In this document: piece after piece, positions 25,622 through 27,073 of the stretch
Layout: every line of letters starts with the position of its first letter
Position numbering within the stretch: position 1 is the first letter of the stretch
Assembly: GCA_031416075.1 (NCBI GenBank)
Contig: JANOSY010000015.1
Coordinates: forward strand, 1 to 27,073
Reading direction: 5' to 3'
DNA from: Candidatus Tenderia sp.
GTDB taxonomy: Bacteria; Pseudomonadota; Gammaproteobacteria; Tenderiales; Tenderiaceae
DNA: 27,073 bases
The notes under the pieces: model-generated
Database searches by the model: none
Seen by the model: the letters and a program-made list of their open reading frames with translations, nothing else
What the model was told of the DNA's origin: nothing
Made by a program: the position numbers and the translations under genes

Positions 25622-26935
25622 TCAATACCCCTCTTTCCGAAGATTCGCCTCAACGTCCTCGCGCTTTCCATGTCGTTCATAGCTTTTGGCGATTCCCTCC
25701 AGCATGTTGGCTACGTTGGGCTGTGAGAGATGCAGCCTCTCCGCTTGCTTCTGGTAATACCCAGCCAGATCGCGCTCCTGCTCACCGCCATCCCGAGGTG
25801 AAAGACATGTGACACCACGTTTGTTGTGTGTGCCGATACTGAACCATGCGCGCATCTCCTCCATTTCCAGGGGTTCCAATACCTCACGTGCCGGAGCAAA
25901 AGGCCACAGCCCATCTTCATCTGAGGGGGCATGAGCGATAATCTGTCCTATGGTTTGGTCGCATACGTCAAGCCTGTCAGCCTGACGACAGAGTTCCCGT
26001 GTCTCATAGATAAACCGGGTAAACGCATCGTGATCAATGGTTCCATCAGCCAGAGTTCCTGGCTGACGTGAACAGTTATGCAAAATGCTCCATGCTGTTT
26101 CAGTCGCACTTCTTGATGCATCGGTAATAGGTTCCTCTTGCTCTCCGTGTGCTGGTTTATAGAGGATGCAAATCAACTCAGCAAAGAGCGTTGGCTCGCT
26201 CATAATGGAATCGTAGAGCAAGGCTGCACTTGCCTCTTGGCCATATCTGAGCGCCGGGAACAGACCGAACTCAAGCTGGATAAGTGCGGACTTCTCAATC
26301 TCCCCGGACTTTTCCAGTCGTTCCAGCATTTTTCCCAAGTGATAAGAATCCAGCAGCGCCCCATGAGGCTCCTCTCCGTGCATGAATTGCTGCAACATCT
26401 CGAAAAGCAGCTTGGCATCGGTATTCTGCAAATCATATTGGCAATATCGTAAAGCGGTTCTTGGGCGCTTTGCCTCGAGCAATTGGCGCAGCACAAAATC
26501 CATGGTGGCAGCATCATCCCGAGTGATTCCAGGATTGACCAGTGTCCAATAGGCTTGTGAAACCTCGGCTCCGCAAGCGGCTACCAATTCCCAGATTGCC
26601 CGCTCTGAACGCGCCAACACCAGGAAGCGGGCGCGTTTTTCAGCGCTCCATTTTCGAGTCTCAGCCAGCACCAATACCTCTTTGATGAGTGAGTTAGAGT
26701 CAGGCTCTTGCATGGAGCACAACAAGCCGGAGATACAAAATGTAATAGGTTCGCCTGAGGTGAATTCATTGCCGGTTTCTGGTATCCACTCAGCCCATTG
26801 ATTCTGGCCGCATTCTGCTCTGGCCATGGTTGTGCCAACTACGTCTGCATTGCCGCATTCCTGTATCAAACGCTCAACTCCCGCCATGCTGTGTGCCTGG
26901 AATATTTCATTCAGTGCAGAATTTTTTGCCGTCTC
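25622..26935 (-). pseudogene. C-terminal part of a large helical hypothetical protein, 5'-truncated by IS630
   Basis: The frame stays open upstream of ATG 26887 right to the IS end (…ETAKNSALNEIFQAHS-MAGVERL). The C-terminus NKRGVT...DGGEQERDLA..Y resembles, from memory, large accessory proteins. Confidence 0.72.
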
Positions 26936-27073
26936 TAGTGTACTGTAACAAATAGTGTGATCATATATAATAGCGCTACTCCTTCCTTATTTTCTGGTGC
27001 GCTGACTATGCCTGTCCCCGTTGCTATCTCACTCACAGAAGAAGAACGCCAAGAATTTCATCGCTGTTGTCGT
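26936..27073 (+). mobile_element. IS630-family insertion sequence, left end (TA 26936-7, inverted repeat 26938-26954, transposase start 27008)
   Basis: The inverted repeat matches 119-135. The ORF from 27008 reads MPVPVAISLTEEERQEFHRCCR, with the I.L.EEER pattern of IS630 N-termini. Confidence 0.87.

Overview
A 27 kb gammaproteobacterial chromosome segment. It begins in the right end and finishes in the left end of the same IS630-family element, which probably broke the assembly at both sides. The backbone is fetA/fetB, speE, a cupin, an SPOR/FtsN-like gene, argS, priA, hemJ, a YqaA/DedA gene, a cNMP-cNMP-rhodanese gene and a large FAD/Fe-S oxidoreductase. There are two accessory insertions. 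(1) A ~1.4 kb low-GC block lies between two copies of the fetA 5' end and carries a REP-flanked, internally deleted RAYT plus an orphan Tae4-like amidase with a coupled small membrane protein. (2) A ~8.7 kb block lies between priA and argS and carries an operon (DUF1611-like P-loop protein, atypical ABC exporter, alpha/beta hydrolase, OprO/P porin) facing a sensor kinase/OmpR pair. Both of these operons are preceded by the same TTTATYT-N4-TTAATCT-N17-TAAYYT motif, which makes this block the best candidate for an undescribed self-regulated system. Also present are a DARS-like DnaA-box cluster upstream of priA, a palindromic repeat translated in frame inside PriA, a ClC gene collapsed by apparent microhomology deletions, and several other signs of gene decay. 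All family assignments come from motif recognition; no database searches were run.
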